From Chthoniobacteraceae bacterium (GTDB lineage: Bacteria; Verrucomicrobiota; Verrucomicrobiia; Chthoniobacterales; Chthoniobacteraceae), in assembly GCA_031409655.1 (NCBI GenBank), contig JANNXQ010000188.1, positions 1 through 32,431 on the forward strand: 32,431 nt of DNA, given 5' to 3'. The translations under genes and the position numbers were made by a program. Below, in pieces: positions 17,501 to 25,722 of the stretch; the stretch's first letter is position 1; every line of letters begins with the position of its first letter. The notes beneath the pieces are model-generated. The model had not been told where the DNA came from and searched no databases. It was given only the letters and a program-made list of their open reading frames with translations.

Positions 17501-17575
17501 GACATCCTTCCCAACCCCGCGCCGGTGGACCCCAACTTCCGCATCGTCGAGGTGCCGAAGCTTCTCCCCCCGTAG
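14510..17575 (+). CDS. Large surface protein: LEPR-XLL-like N-terminal motif, seven FG-GAP (integrin alpha-type) repeats, Gly-rich beta-solenoid-like C-terminus
   Basis: IEALEQRVVPA; seven units of xGD(V/I/M/L)(N/D)xDxxxDxxxGA...GxxYV(V/I)(F/Y)G; ATFTDSDGDLVTV; repeated IGxVxVxG strands. Confidence 0.9.
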   Translation: MPPLRSASNPARPRPLASSGASAIEALEQRVVPAAAIFDLGSIDATSSVKIIGLADSDGTGVAVSLAGDVNNDDFDDFIIGARGADPNGSESGASYVVFGKTGGLGASFDLSTLNGTNGFKISGEAATDSSGSAVSRAGDIDGDGFDDLLVGAYSHDPAGATGAGAVYVIYGKAPPFAANVSLSSLGITKIVGEDGADRFGLSVAAAGDVNKDGKADLILGAPSAGPGDQPGKAYVIFGKTGGLGASVNLSTLTGADGFRIDGGAEGDYAGRSVSGAGDINGDGFDDVIVGAYGADPNAADESGAAYVIFGKGTAFGAAIALSTLAAADGFKINGEAAGDYAGWSVSSAGDMNGDGFSDLLIGAKGANSYSGAAYVVFGKNTSFGASLDLSALTGTNGFKIPGHEAGANLGSIVSAAGDLNHDGFDDIVVGADRARPNTDVDAGSAYVVFGKSRGFAASLDLTTLNGTNGFRINGDAAGDRAGFAVSAVGDLNGDGIDDLLVGAPDLAGTPGPGSAFVIYGERPAITYAKNFRTATFTDSDGDLVTVRVNKGTLDDGNFELGTTGNLLRLNLADDGTEFAGADVSITARKVRGGTGDGKVHVGAIDATGIDLRNVTVSGDLGQIDAGNADLLTSGIASLSVGSLGALAGTQPVGTLDGLHSEIEGKLGRLRAAGIVKGFVDVTGAIGPVTIGGSLDGSAVGATAGLLRATGDIGAVSVKLSILGGADAAGLEAGGKLGRVTVGADLSSADAAKPVHIFGNAAAAFAIAGLSVKGNILNTVILGDPNTTHNQSTQIGDANIGAVSVKGNWTGSHLQATGNVGNVTVGGTFTGDPSHGIVGGGKLGRVSIGGDLLGESTASQIIICAVGKLGGLKAADALAIAGLTVKGRVENAGILAGYSPTLGAASRDASMGAVSVGGTWIASSLVAGVSDDGQTGFGIGDTPIQSNDTALIAKIASVTIKGTVDGSAIGGHFGITAEQIGTVKINGLKQALTKGVDDILPNPAPVDPNFRIVEVPKLLPP

Positions 17576-17652
17576 AGCAAAGGCAGCATCCGGTCCCAGA
17601 TCCGGGGAGCACGCCGCTTGTCGCCATCGCGCCGACCCGGTAAACCGCTGCC

Positions 17653-18696
17653 ATGTCCCAGCCCCAGCTCGAGCTTGCCGGTTCGCGTCAGTTTGCCTCC
17701 TGGCTCCGCGAGCAGCACCTGAGCCTTGCTTTCACCACCTACCAGAGCGGGAAGCTCTTCCTCATCGGCCTCAAGCCCGACGGCGCGCTCTCGGTCTTCG
17801 AGCGCACCTTCGAACGCTGCATGGGACTCGCCGTCGCGGCAGATGGGCAGACGCTCTGGATGACTTCGCTCTACCAGCTCTGGCGTTTTGAGAACGCCCT
17901 GCCCGCAGCCGCCGCCGCACCCGCGGGCTTCGATCGCCTCTACGTCCCGCAGTGCGGCTTCACCACTGGCGACATCGACGCGCACGATATCGCCCTCGAC
18001 GCGCAGGAGCGGCCCATCTTCGTCAATACGCTCTTCTCCTGCCTCGCCGCGCCGAGCGAAACGCACAGCTTCCGCGTCGTCTGGAAGCCGCCTTTCATCT
18101 CGCGCCTCGCCGCCGAAGATCGCTGCCATCTCAACGGCCTCGCCATGCGCGACGGCCAGCCCGCCTTCGTCACCGCCGTCAGCACCACCGACGTGCATGA
18201 AGGCTGGCGGGAACATCGGCGCGACGGCGGCGTGATCCTCGATGTCCCGAGCGGGGAAATCGTCGCCCGCGGCCTCTCCATGCCGCACTCCCCTCGCCTC
18301 CACGGCGGTCGCCTTTTCGTGCTCAATTCCGGCGCCGGTGAATTCGGCACCGTCGATCTCGCGAGCGGAAGATTCGAGCCCGTGTGCTTCTGTCCCGGCT
18401 ACGCGCGCGGTCTCGCCATCATGGGAAATTTCGCCGTCATCGGCCTTTCGACCTGCCGCGAGAACCGCACCTTCTCCGGCCTCCCGCTCGATGACGCGCT
18501 CGCCGCGCGCCAGGTCCAGCCGCGTTGCGGTCTGCAGGTCGTCGATCTCCGCACTGGCGACGTCGTTCACTCCCTCAGCATCACCGGCCTCGTCCGCGAA
18601 CTCTACGACGTGGCTATCCTCCCTGGCGTCCGCACTCCGAGCGCGCTTGGCTTTAAGACCGAGGAAATCCGCCGCACCATCACGATCGAGGACTGA
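17653..18696 (+). CDS. TIGR03032 family (DUF4915) protein
   Basis: SLAFTTYQSGKLFLIG, FERCMGL, TGDIDAHD, FVNTLFSCL, WKPPFISRLAAEDRCHLNG, GLSMPHSPR, PGYARGL, ELYDV. Confidence 0.92.
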   Translation: MSQPQLELAGSRQFASWLREQHLSLAFTTYQSGKLFLIGLKPDGALSVFERTFERCMGLAVAADGQTLWMTSLYQLWRFENALPAAAAAPAGFDRLYVPQCGFTTGDIDAHDIALDAQERPIFVNTLFSCLAAPSETHSFRVVWKPPFISRLAAEDRCHLNGLAMRDGQPAFVTAVSTTDVHEGWREHRRDGGVILDVPSGEIVARGLSMPHSPRLHGGRLFVLNSGAGEFGTVDLASGRFEPVCFCPGYARGLAIMGNFAVIGLSTCRENRTFSGLPLDDALAARQVQPRCGLQVVDLRTGDVVHSLSITGLVRELYDVAILPGVRTPSALGFKTEEIRRTITIED

Positions 18697-18748
18697 TGAC
18701 GCGCCCTCCGTTTCGCCGTAATAGACGTCCTCTGAATCCATCCACGCC

Positions 18749-19825
18749 ATGACCAAACGCATCGGAGTCCTCACCAGCGGCGGCGATTGTCCAGGTCTGA
18801 ACGCCGTCATCCGCGGCGTCGTCCGCGCCGCCACCAACCTCAATTGGGAAGTCATCGGCTTTCACGATGGCTTTGAAGGGCTGCTCCCGCCGGCCCGGCA
18901 TGAGCGGCTCGATGTGCGGCGCACCGCGGGCATCATGCACCTCGGCGGCACCATTTTGGGCACGACGAATAAAGGCCACTTCGTCGCCAAGGTTGGCAAA
19001 GGCGAACGCGCCACCGTTTTACCGGAAGTCATCGAGCAGACCCGCGCCACGCTCCAGGCACTCGGCGTCTCCGTGCTCATCGTCATCGGCGGCGACGGCT
19101 CCCTCACCACCGCGCTCCAACTCGAGCGCGCCGGCATCCCCTGCATCGGCGTCCCGAAGACCATCGACAACGACCTCGAAGCGACCGCCATGACCTTCGG
19201 CTTTGACTCCGCGGTGGCCTGCGTCGCCGATGCCCTCGACCGCCTGCACACCACGGCCTCCAGCCACAAGCGCGCCATGGTCATCGAAGTCATGGGCCGC
19301 CATGCCGGCTGGATCGCGCTCTACGGCGGGCTCGCTGGCGGCGCGGATATCATCCTCATCCCGGAGATCCCCTTCGACTACGAGCGCGTCGCCGAAGCCG
19401 TGCGGCAGCGCGAGGCGGATGGCTGCCTGAGCACGCTCGTCGTCGTCGCGGAAGGTGCGCATCCGCGCGGCGGCTCCGAGATGATGCAGCAGATGGGCAG
19501 CGGGGAATACACCCTCGGCGGCATGGGCGAACGCGTCGCCCGGGAGATCTCCGCGCGCACCGGCAAAGAAACGCGCACCTGCGTCCTCGGCCATCTCCAG
19601 CGCGGCGGCGACCCCACCACCCTCGACCGCATCCTCGGCACCAGATTCGGCGTCTATGCCGTGCAGATCATCGCGGAAGGCCGGACCGGCCACATGGTCT
19701 CGTATCAAAACTACCAGGTGCAATCCGTACCCATCGAAGACGCCGTGAACCGGACCAAACTCGTCGCCCCCGACAGCCAGATGGTCCAGCAGGCCCGCGC
19801 GATGGGCATCCGGTTTGGCGATTGA
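18749..19825 (+). CDS. pfkA: 6-phosphofructokinase (probably ATP-dependent)
   Basis: GVLTSGGDCPGLNAVIR, GGTILGT, IGGDGS, PKTIDND, EVMGRHAGW, LGHLQRGG. Confidence 0.95.
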   Translation: MTKRIGVLTSGGDCPGLNAVIRGVVRAATNLNWEVIGFHDGFEGLLPPARHERLDVRRTAGIMHLGGTILGTTNKGHFVAKVGKGERATVLPEVIEQTRATLQALGVSVLIVIGGDGSLTTALQLERAGIPCIGVPKTIDNDLEATAMTFGFDSAVACVADALDRLHTTASSHKRAMVIEVMGRHAGWIALYGGLAGGADIILIPEIPFDYERVAEAVRQREADGCLSTLVVVAEGAHPRGGSEMMQQMGSGEYTLGGMGERVAREISARTGKETRTCVLGHLQRGGDPTTLDRILGTRFGVYAVQIIAEGRTGHMVSYQNYQVQSVPIEDAVNRTKLVAPDSQMVQQARAMGIRFGD

Positions 19826-19838
19826 GAATCGCTCTTTC

Positions 19839-19915
19839 TCTTCCTCTTAATCTTCTTCTTCCTCTTCCTCTCCGTCCCCGCTCATTTGTCAGGAGGAGGA
19901 AGATTAAGAGGAAGA
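19839..19915. repeat. Pyrimidine/purine-biased inverted repeat
   Basis: TCTTCCTCTTAATCTTC (19839-19855) is perfectly complementary to GAAGATTAAGAGGAAGA (19899-19915), inside CTCTTC-type short repeats. Confidence 0.85.
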
Positions 19916-19969
19916 ACCACCGCCTTCCCCGCTCGACACCCGCGTTTTCCGAATCGAAATTCCCGCCCC

Positions 19970-20881
19970 ATGAAGACCCGCATCGAGGCGCTCGTTTCCC
20001 AAGTCAGCGAGATCATTCTCGGCAAAGAGGAGGTCGTGCGCCTCGCCGTCGCCTGCCTGCTCGCGCGGGGACATTTGCTCATCGAAGACGTGCCCGGCGT
20101 CGGCAAGACGACCCTCGCTCAGGCGCTCGCCCGCTCGATCGGGCTGAATTTCCGCCGCGTCCAATTCACCAGCGATCTGCTGCCCGCCGACATCATCGGC
20201 AACTCGATCTTCGACCGCGAGCAGCAGCGCTTCGTCTTCCACGCCGGACCCATCTTTTCGCAAGTCGTGCTGATCGACGAAATCAACCGCGCGACGCCCA
20301 AGACCCAGAGCGCGCTGCTCGAGGCCATGGAGGAGGACAATGTGACCATCGACGGCATCACCCATCCGCTGCCCGCGCCGTTCTTCGTCATCGCGACGCA
20401 AAATCCGCAGCACCAGATCGGCACCTTTCCCCTGCCCGAGTCGCAGCTCGATCGCTTCCTCATGCGCCTCGCACTCGGCATCCCCGATCGCGCTGCGGAG
20501 CGCGCGATGCTGCTCGGCCTCGAGCGCCGCGAGTTGCTGCGCAAAGTGGAGCCCGTGCTCGGCACCGAGTCGCTGCGCGACATGCAGAAGAGCGTGCGGG
20601 CGATTCACACCTCCTCAGCGCTGCTCGACTATTTGCAGGATCTGCTCGCCGCCAGCCGCCAGCGACATCGCACCGGACTAAGCCCGCGCGCCGGCCTCGC
20701 CCTCGTCCACGCTGCCCAGGCCTGGGCCTTGATGCAAGGTCGCGACATGGTGCTGCCCGAGGATGTGCAAGCCGTGGGCCCAGCCGTGATGAGCCACCGC
20801 CTCGGGAGCGATCTGGACAGCGCCAGCGACTCGGGCCGCACGCTCGCGCAGGCCTTGGTGCGCGAGGTGGCGGTGCCGTAG
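19970..20881 (+). CDS. MoxR family AAA+ ATPase
   Basis: HLLIEDVPGVGKT, RVQFTSDLLPADI, DEINRATPKTQSALLEAM, ATQNP, LPESQLDRF. Confidence 0.95.
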   Translation: MKTRIEALVSQVSEIILGKEEVVRLAVACLLARGHLLIEDVPGVGKTTLAQALARSIGLNFRRVQFTSDLLPADIIGNSIFDREQQRFVFHAGPIFSQVVLIDEINRATPKTQSALLEAMEEDNVTIDGITHPLPAPFFVIATQNPQHQIGTFPLPESQLDRFLMRLALGIPDRAAERAMLLGLERRELLRKVEPVLGTESLRDMQKSVRAIHTSSALLDYLQDLLAASRQRHRTGLSPRAGLALVHAAQAWALMQGRDMVLPEDVQAVGPAVMSHRLGSDLDSASDSGRTLAQALVREVAVP

Positions 20882-20900
20882 GGTGCGCCCCTGCCGGAGC

Positions 20901-21018
20901 GGGGAAAGATCGAACATCGAACATCGAACACTGAACCTCGAACCTCGAACGGAGCGCGCAGAGGTCTGCCAGATTCGTTCGATGTTGGATGTTCGACGTT
21001 CGATGTTCGATGTTCCCC
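20901..21018. repeat. Second copy of the (GAACATC)n / (GATGTTC)n heptamer inverted-repeat element
   Basis: GGGGAAAGATCGAACATCGAACATCGAACACTGAACCTCGAACCTCGAACG ... CGTTCGATGTTGGATGTTCGACGTTCGATGTTCGATGTTCCCC. Confidence 0.9.
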
Positions 21019-21023
21019 CACCC

Positions 21024-21926
21024 GTGCATCCAAAATCCACCCGCGTCTTCGTCCTCCCCAGCCGCAACACCATCGGCCTCGTCGCGGTGCTCGCGGCGAT
21101 GTGGTACGCGGGGCTGTGTCAGAGCAATGGCGCGGCTTACCTGCTCTGCTTTCTGCTCGGATCGCTTGCCGCGGTTTCCACGATCCACGCTTGGGCAAAT
21201 CTGCGCGGCGCCACCGTCCGCGCAGACTCGATTGCCCCGGTCTTTGCCGGTGAAGAAGTCATCGTCCCATTGGTCCTGAACGCGGAGCGCGGCGCCGAGC
21301 CAGTCGCGATCAGCATCCGCGCCCGCGCTGCGGCCAAGGGCGCACTCGTCCCGCGAATGACCGACGGACAGGAGCAGCGCGCGACCCTGCGTTTCACGGC
21401 TAAACAGCGCGGGCGTTTTCAGGAAGTAAACCTCGTCGCCACGAGCCTCTACCCACTCGGCCTGTTCACCGCGCGCCGGTCGTTCGTCGTGCGGCAGACT
21501 TGGTTTGTCTATCCGCAGCCTTCCGGATCGGCCCCCATCCCGCGCTCGGCCGCACCCGATCGGCAGCCGCGCGAGGGCGCGAAAGTCGAGGGCGACGACT
21601 TTGCGGGGACGCGCTCCTGGCTCCCCGGCGAATCGCAGCGGCACATCGATTGGAAGGCCGCCGCGCGCGGACAGCCGCTGCTCACCAAACAGTGGGCCGG
21701 GGAAGCCACCGTCACCGTGCTCCTCGACTGGCGCGACACGCCGCCGGGCGACATTGAGTCGCGCCTCGGCCAGTTCGCGCGCTGGGTCCAGACATCCGAG
21801 CGCGGCGGCGCCAGCTACGGCCTCGCCCTGCCCGGAACCACGCTCCCGCCGAGCCGCGGCAGCGCGCATTTCCACGCGTGCCTGCGTGCCCTGGCCGTCT
21901 TTTCACCGGAGGAAAGTGGCGCATGA
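21024..21926 (+). CDS. DUF58 domain protein
   Basis: Two N-terminal TM segments, RG...YPLGLF, VYPQP, DDFAGTRSWLPGESQRHIDWKAAAR, LALP. GTG start placed after the repeat. Confidence 0.9.
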   Translation: MHPKSTRVFVLPSRNTIGLVAVLAAMWYAGLCQSNGAAYLLCFLLGSLAAVSTIHAWANLRGATVRADSIAPVFAGEEVIVPLVLNAERGAEPVAISIRARAAAKGALVPRMTDGQEQRATLRFTAKQRGRFQEVNLVATSLYPLGLFTARRSFVVRQTWFVYPQPSGSAPIPRSAAPDRQPREGAKVEGDDFAGTRSWLPGESQRHIDWKAAARGQPLLTKQWAGEATVTVLLDWRDTPPGDIESRLGQFARWVQTSERGGASYGLALPGTTLPPSRGSAHFHACLRALAVFSPEESGA

Positions 21927-23947
21927 AGCCGGCCCGAGCGATCGAGATGCTGCCCTTCATCGGCGTCTGCGCCGCGCTGTTGCTCGCCGCCATCCCGCTG
22001 CTCGATCACGTCGTGAGTTGGGTCACGGGGCTCCTCTTCGTCGCGGTCGTCACCCGGCTTTTCTTGAATCGGAGCGGGCGGCGGCTGCCTTCGCTCCCGC
22101 TGAAGTTGCTCATCTGCGCGCTCGGCATCGGGGGGATCGCGGCGACCTTTGGCACGCTCATCGGCCCGGAGCCTGGGCTCAGCATTCTCATCCTGCTCAT
22201 CTCAATGAAAGTGCTCGAGACCGGCAATCCCCGGGACTTTCAGGTGCTCTGTCTCGTCGGCTTCTTCCTCGGCCTTTGCGCTTTGTTCTTCGCGCAAAGT
22301 CTCCTCCTCTGGATCTACGTCGCGGGCCTCGTCGCCCTGCTCACGATTTCGCTCATCCTCTTCCACGGCGGCGAAAGGCGCGCTGCCGTGCCGCGCGCGA
22401 TCCGCCTCGGTTTCACTCTCCTCCTCCAGGCCCTGCCGATCACCGCGGTGCTCTTCTTTTTCTCCCCGCGCATCTCCGGCGGCTATCGCTTCCAGTTCAG
22501 CCGCGCAATCCTCGGGAACCAGGGCATCTCCGATCGCCTCGAACCCGGCTCCGTCGCCGCCCTCGCGCAGAGCGACACGCCCGTCTTCCGCGCGGAATTC
22601 CCCGACGGCACGATCCCTTCGAGCGAAGACATGTACTGGCGCGGCGCGGTGCTCTGGCGCTGCGAAGGACTCACCTGGTTTCGCGGCCCGCCGCTCTCGC
22701 TGGAGCGCCGCAGCGGGCAACTCGCAGGCCCGACGATCAAGCAACGCATCAGCCTCCAGCCGCATGGCGAGCGCTGGATCTTTGCGCTCGATCGTCCGTC
22801 CACGGAGCTGCGCACCGCCCCCTTTCAGCCCGGCGGCTTCCTCCAGAGCACCCGGCCCGTGCTGAACACCGTGATCTACACGGTCGAATCGCAGCCGGAA
22901 AATCGCGAGCTGCGCCTGCCCTTCGATCAACTCGAAGCCGCCCAGGCGTTCCCCGCTTTGTCTCCGGCCGCGCAAGCGCTCGTTGCTTCCTGGACCAGCG
23001 GCGCGGCCAGCGGACGCGCGATCGTCGATGCGGCGCTGCGCCACTTCCGGAAGGAAAATTTCCGCTACACCTTCGAGCCCGGCACCTACGGCGAGGACGC
23101 GCTCGATGACTTCCTCTTCCGCCGCCGCACCGGCTTCTGCGAGCACTACGCCGCGGCCTTTGCCACCCTCATGCGCGCGGCCGGCGTGCCCGCGCGGATC
23201 GTAGTCGGCTACCACGGCGGCGAATACAACGCGATCGGCACCTACGTCATCGTCCGCCAGTACAATGCGCACGCCTGGTGCGAAGTCTGGCTGCCCGGCA
23301 GCGGCTGGCAGCGCATCGATCCGACCGATGCCATCGCGCCGGAAAGGGTCAGCGCGGGGCTGGGACCGCTGCGCGAGGCAGGTGCCGCCGATCCCGGAGC
23401 CGCGGGCGGCGGTCGCGCCTCGGGAGCGGGCTGGCGCGGCGTCACGCGGCAGATTGGCCTCGCCTGGGACAGCATCAACTATCGCTGGGATCTCCACGTG
23501 CAAAACTTTCACGAAGACGAGCAGCGCAGCTTTTTCACCAGGCTCGGCCTCGGCGGGCTGAGGTGGTCGCCGATCCTGCTCTGGAGCGGGCTGGCGATCG
23601 CCGTGCTCCTTATCGCCTGCGCGCTCTGGCTCCGAGCGCCCGTCCGCCGCCGCGGCGACGAAGCCGCGCACAGCTACGCGCGACTCTGCCGGCGGCTCGC
23701 CATCGCCGGCGTGCCGCGCGAACCTGCGGAAGGCCCGCTGCGCTTCACGGAACGCGCCGCACTTGCTTTTCCCGAGCAAGCGCCCGCGCTGCGCGACGCT
23801 GGCCAGCTCTACGCCGCGATCCGCTACTCGGAGCGCCCTCCCGCCGCTCCGAACTTCGTCGCCGCCGTCCGCGCGCTGCGCAGATTCACGCGCTTGTCGC
23901 CCCCCGCGCCGCCCGCTTCAATCGCTGCACTTCCTCCCACACCATGA
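21923..23947 (+). CDS. TgpA-family transglutaminase (DUF3488 + transglutaminase core + DUF4129)
   Basis: Multi-TM N-terminus, YWRG, catalytic GFCEHYA / AHAWCEV / WQRIDPT, C-terminal EGPLRF...LYAAIRY. ATGA overlap with DUF58. Confidence 0.93.
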   Translation: MKPARAIEMLPFIGVCAALLLAAIPLLDHVVSWVTGLLFVAVVTRLFLNRSGRRLPSLPLKLLICALGIGGIAATFGTLIGPEPGLSILILLISMKVLETGNPRDFQVLCLVGFFLGLCALFFAQSLLLWIYVAGLVALLTISLILFHGGERRAAVPRAIRLGFTLLLQALPITAVLFFFSPRISGGYRFQFSRAILGNQGISDRLEPGSVAALAQSDTPVFRAEFPDGTIPSSEDMYWRGAVLWRCEGLTWFRGPPLSLERRSGQLAGPTIKQRISLQPHGERWIFALDRPSTELRTAPFQPGGFLQSTRPVLNTVIYTVESQPENRELRLPFDQLEAAQAFPALSPAAQALVASWTSGAASGRAIVDAALRHFRKENFRYTFEPGTYGEDALDDFLFRRRTGFCEHYAAAFATLMRAAGVPARIVVGYHGGEYNAIGTYVIVRQYNAHAWCEVWLPGSGWQRIDPTDAIAPERVSAGLGPLREAGAADPGAAGGGRASGAGWRGVTRQIGLAWDSINYRWDLHVQNFHEDEQRSFFTRLGLGGLRWSPILLWSGLAIAVLLIACALWLRAPVRRRGDEAAHSYARLCRRLAIAGVPREPAEGPLRFTERAALAFPEQAPALRDAGQLYAAIRYSERPPAAPNFVAAVRALRRFTRLSPPAPPASIAALPPTP

Positions 23948-24405
23948 CCATCCCGCGCGGCCCGCTCCTCTCCTGCCTTTCGCTGGCCGCACTCCTGCTG
24001 GGCGGATGCGTCACTTTCAAAGAGGAAGAGTTCGCCGCGATCCGCGCCTGCCAAGTCCCGCCCGTTGTCTATCGCAAACTCAAGGAACGGCAGCCCATCA
24101 CGCCGCAGGACATCGTGGAACTTTGGCGCAGACGGGTCCCCCAGCCCCTCATCGAGAAGCAGCTCGACAAAATCGGCGTCGATTACGCGCTCACAAAATC
24201 CGACGTCGCCCTGCTCACCAATGCCGGGGTGAACCAGGGCGTGATCGAAGCGCTGCGGGCCGCTTCGGAGCGGTTCGTGACGCGCTTCGCGCCGCCGGAT
24301 TACTTCGAGACCCACAATCTCGACTCGGACGAGTACCTCGTGAGCCCGGGCGTGCGCAACACCAGCGGCGCGCTCTACGGCGACGAAATCCGTCTCCGGC
24401 GGTAG
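23944..24405 (+). CDS. Hypothetical lipoprotein
   Basis: Lipobox LLLGG-C and helical repeats ITPQDIVEL / LTKSDVALLTNAGV. ATGA overlap with the transglutaminase. Confidence 0.75.
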   Translation: MTIPRGPLLSCLSLAALLLGGCVTFKEEEFAAIRACQVPPVVYRKLKERQPITPQDIVELWRRRVPQPLIEKQLDKIGVDYALTKSDVALLTNAGVNQGVIEALRAASERFVTRFAPPDYFETHNLDSDEYLVSPGVRNTSGALYGDEIRLRR

Positions 24406-24501
24406 GGGCCGTCTCTCCCGGGCGTGTTTCCTCTTGCCAAGGCGGACCGCGTCTGCCTTCTCACCGAAGAGCGGCCCAGCCCCAAAACGAACCTTATTCA
24501 G

Positions 24502-25722
24502 ATGCCCACCATCGCGATCGTCGGAACCATGGACACCAAGGGGGACGAACACGCCTTCGTCGCCGAACTCATCCGGGGTCGTGGCCACGACACCCTCGTG
24601 ATCGATGTCGGCACTGCGGACCCGCCGCGCCTCACGCCAGACATTTCTCGCGACGAGGTCCTGACGATGGGCGGCGGGAACCTGGCGGAGATCGTCGCAA
24701 AAAATGACCGCGGTTTCGCCGTCGCGACGATGGCTCGGGCAGCGGCGGTGGCTCTGGAAAAATTATACGAAGAGGGACGGTTCGAAGGGGTGATCTCGCT
24801 CGGGGGTGGCGGCGGCACCGCCATCGCCACCGCGGCCATGCGCGCCCTGCCGCTGGGGGTGCCAAAGCTCATGGTCTCGACGCTCGCGAGCGGCAATACC
24901 GCGCCCTACGTCGGCGTGAAGGACATCGTGATGATGCCGAGCATCGTCGATGTCGCGGGCTTAAACCGCATCTCGCGGATGATCCTCGCGCGGGCCGCGG
25001 GCGCGATTTGCGGAATGGTGGAGGTCACGCCGCCGCCCGCGCAGGACAAGCCGATCGTGGTCGCGTCGATGTTTGGCAATACCACCGAGTGCGTGCAAAA
25101 GGCGCGGACGGTGCTCGAGACGGCGGGCTACGAAGTGCTCGTCTTTCACGCCACGGGGACCGGCGGTCGCTGCATGGAAGCGCTCATCGAGAGCGGTCTC
25201 GTGGCCGGTGTGCTCGACATCACCACCACGGAGTGGGCGGACGAACTCGTCGGCGGCGTGCTCAGTGCCGGCCCCACGCGGCTCGAAGCCGCCGCGCGCG
25301 CGGGCGTCCCGGCGGTCGTCGCTCCGGGCTGCCTCGACATGGTGAATTTTTCCAGCCCCGAGACCGTGCCGGCGAAATTCACCGGGCGCACCTTCTACCA
25401 TCACAACCCGCAAGTGACGCTGATGCGCACCAACGCCGAAGAGTGTGCCCAGCTCGGCCGCATCCTCGGCGTAAAGCTGAATCTCTCGACCGGCCTCGTC
25501 GCCGTCGCCCTTCCGAAAAAGGCAATCAGCGTGATCAGCGCGGAAGGCCAGCCCTTCCACGATCCCTCGGCGGATCAGGCGCTCTTCGACGAAATCCGCG
25601 CCAACCTGCGCAAGGACATCCCGGTGCTCGAAATGGACTGCAAGATCAACGACCCGGAATTCGCCGAGGCCTGTGCGCAGACTCTGCTCCAGCTCATGGC
25701 CAGCCGGACCGGAGCGTCCTAG
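24502..25722 (+). CDS. Tm-1-like ATP-binding domain protein (UPF0261)
   Basis: IAIVGTMDTKGDE, GGGGGT, LPLGVPKLMVST, DVAGLN, SMFGNTT, VFHATGTGG, DITTTEWAD, PGCLDMVNF, HNPQVTLMRT. Confidence 0.92.
   Translation: MPTIAIVGTMDTKGDEHAFVAELIRGRGHDTLVIDVGTADPPRLTPDISRDEVLTMGGGNLAEIVAKNDRGFAVATMARAAAVALEKLYEEGRFEGVISLGGGGGTAIATAAMRALPLGVPKLMVSTLASGNTAPYVGVKDIVMMPSIVDVAGLNRISRMILARAAGAICGMVEVTPPPAQDKPIVVASMFGNTTECVQKARTVLETAGYEVLVFHATGTGGRCMEALIESGLVAGVLDITTTEWADELVGGVLSAGPTRLEAAARAGVPAVVAPGCLDMVNFSSPETVPAKFTGRTFYHHNPQVTLMRTNAEECAQLGRILGVKLNLSTGLVAVALPKKAISVISAEGQPFHDPSADQALFDEIRANLRKDIPVLEMDCKINDPEFAEACAQTLLQLMASRTGAS

Noticed and set aside
3665..21018. Heptamer arrays as CRISPR repeats
   Set aside because: Units are 7 bp, directly adjacent and arranged as inverted arms. 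There are no unique spacers of regular length and no cas genes.
20878..24425. GTAGGG sequences at the ends of moxR (20878) and the lipoprotein gene (24402) as GTAG-type REPs
   Set aside because: The GTAG comes from the TAG stop codon, and no convincing palindrome or inverted partner follows.
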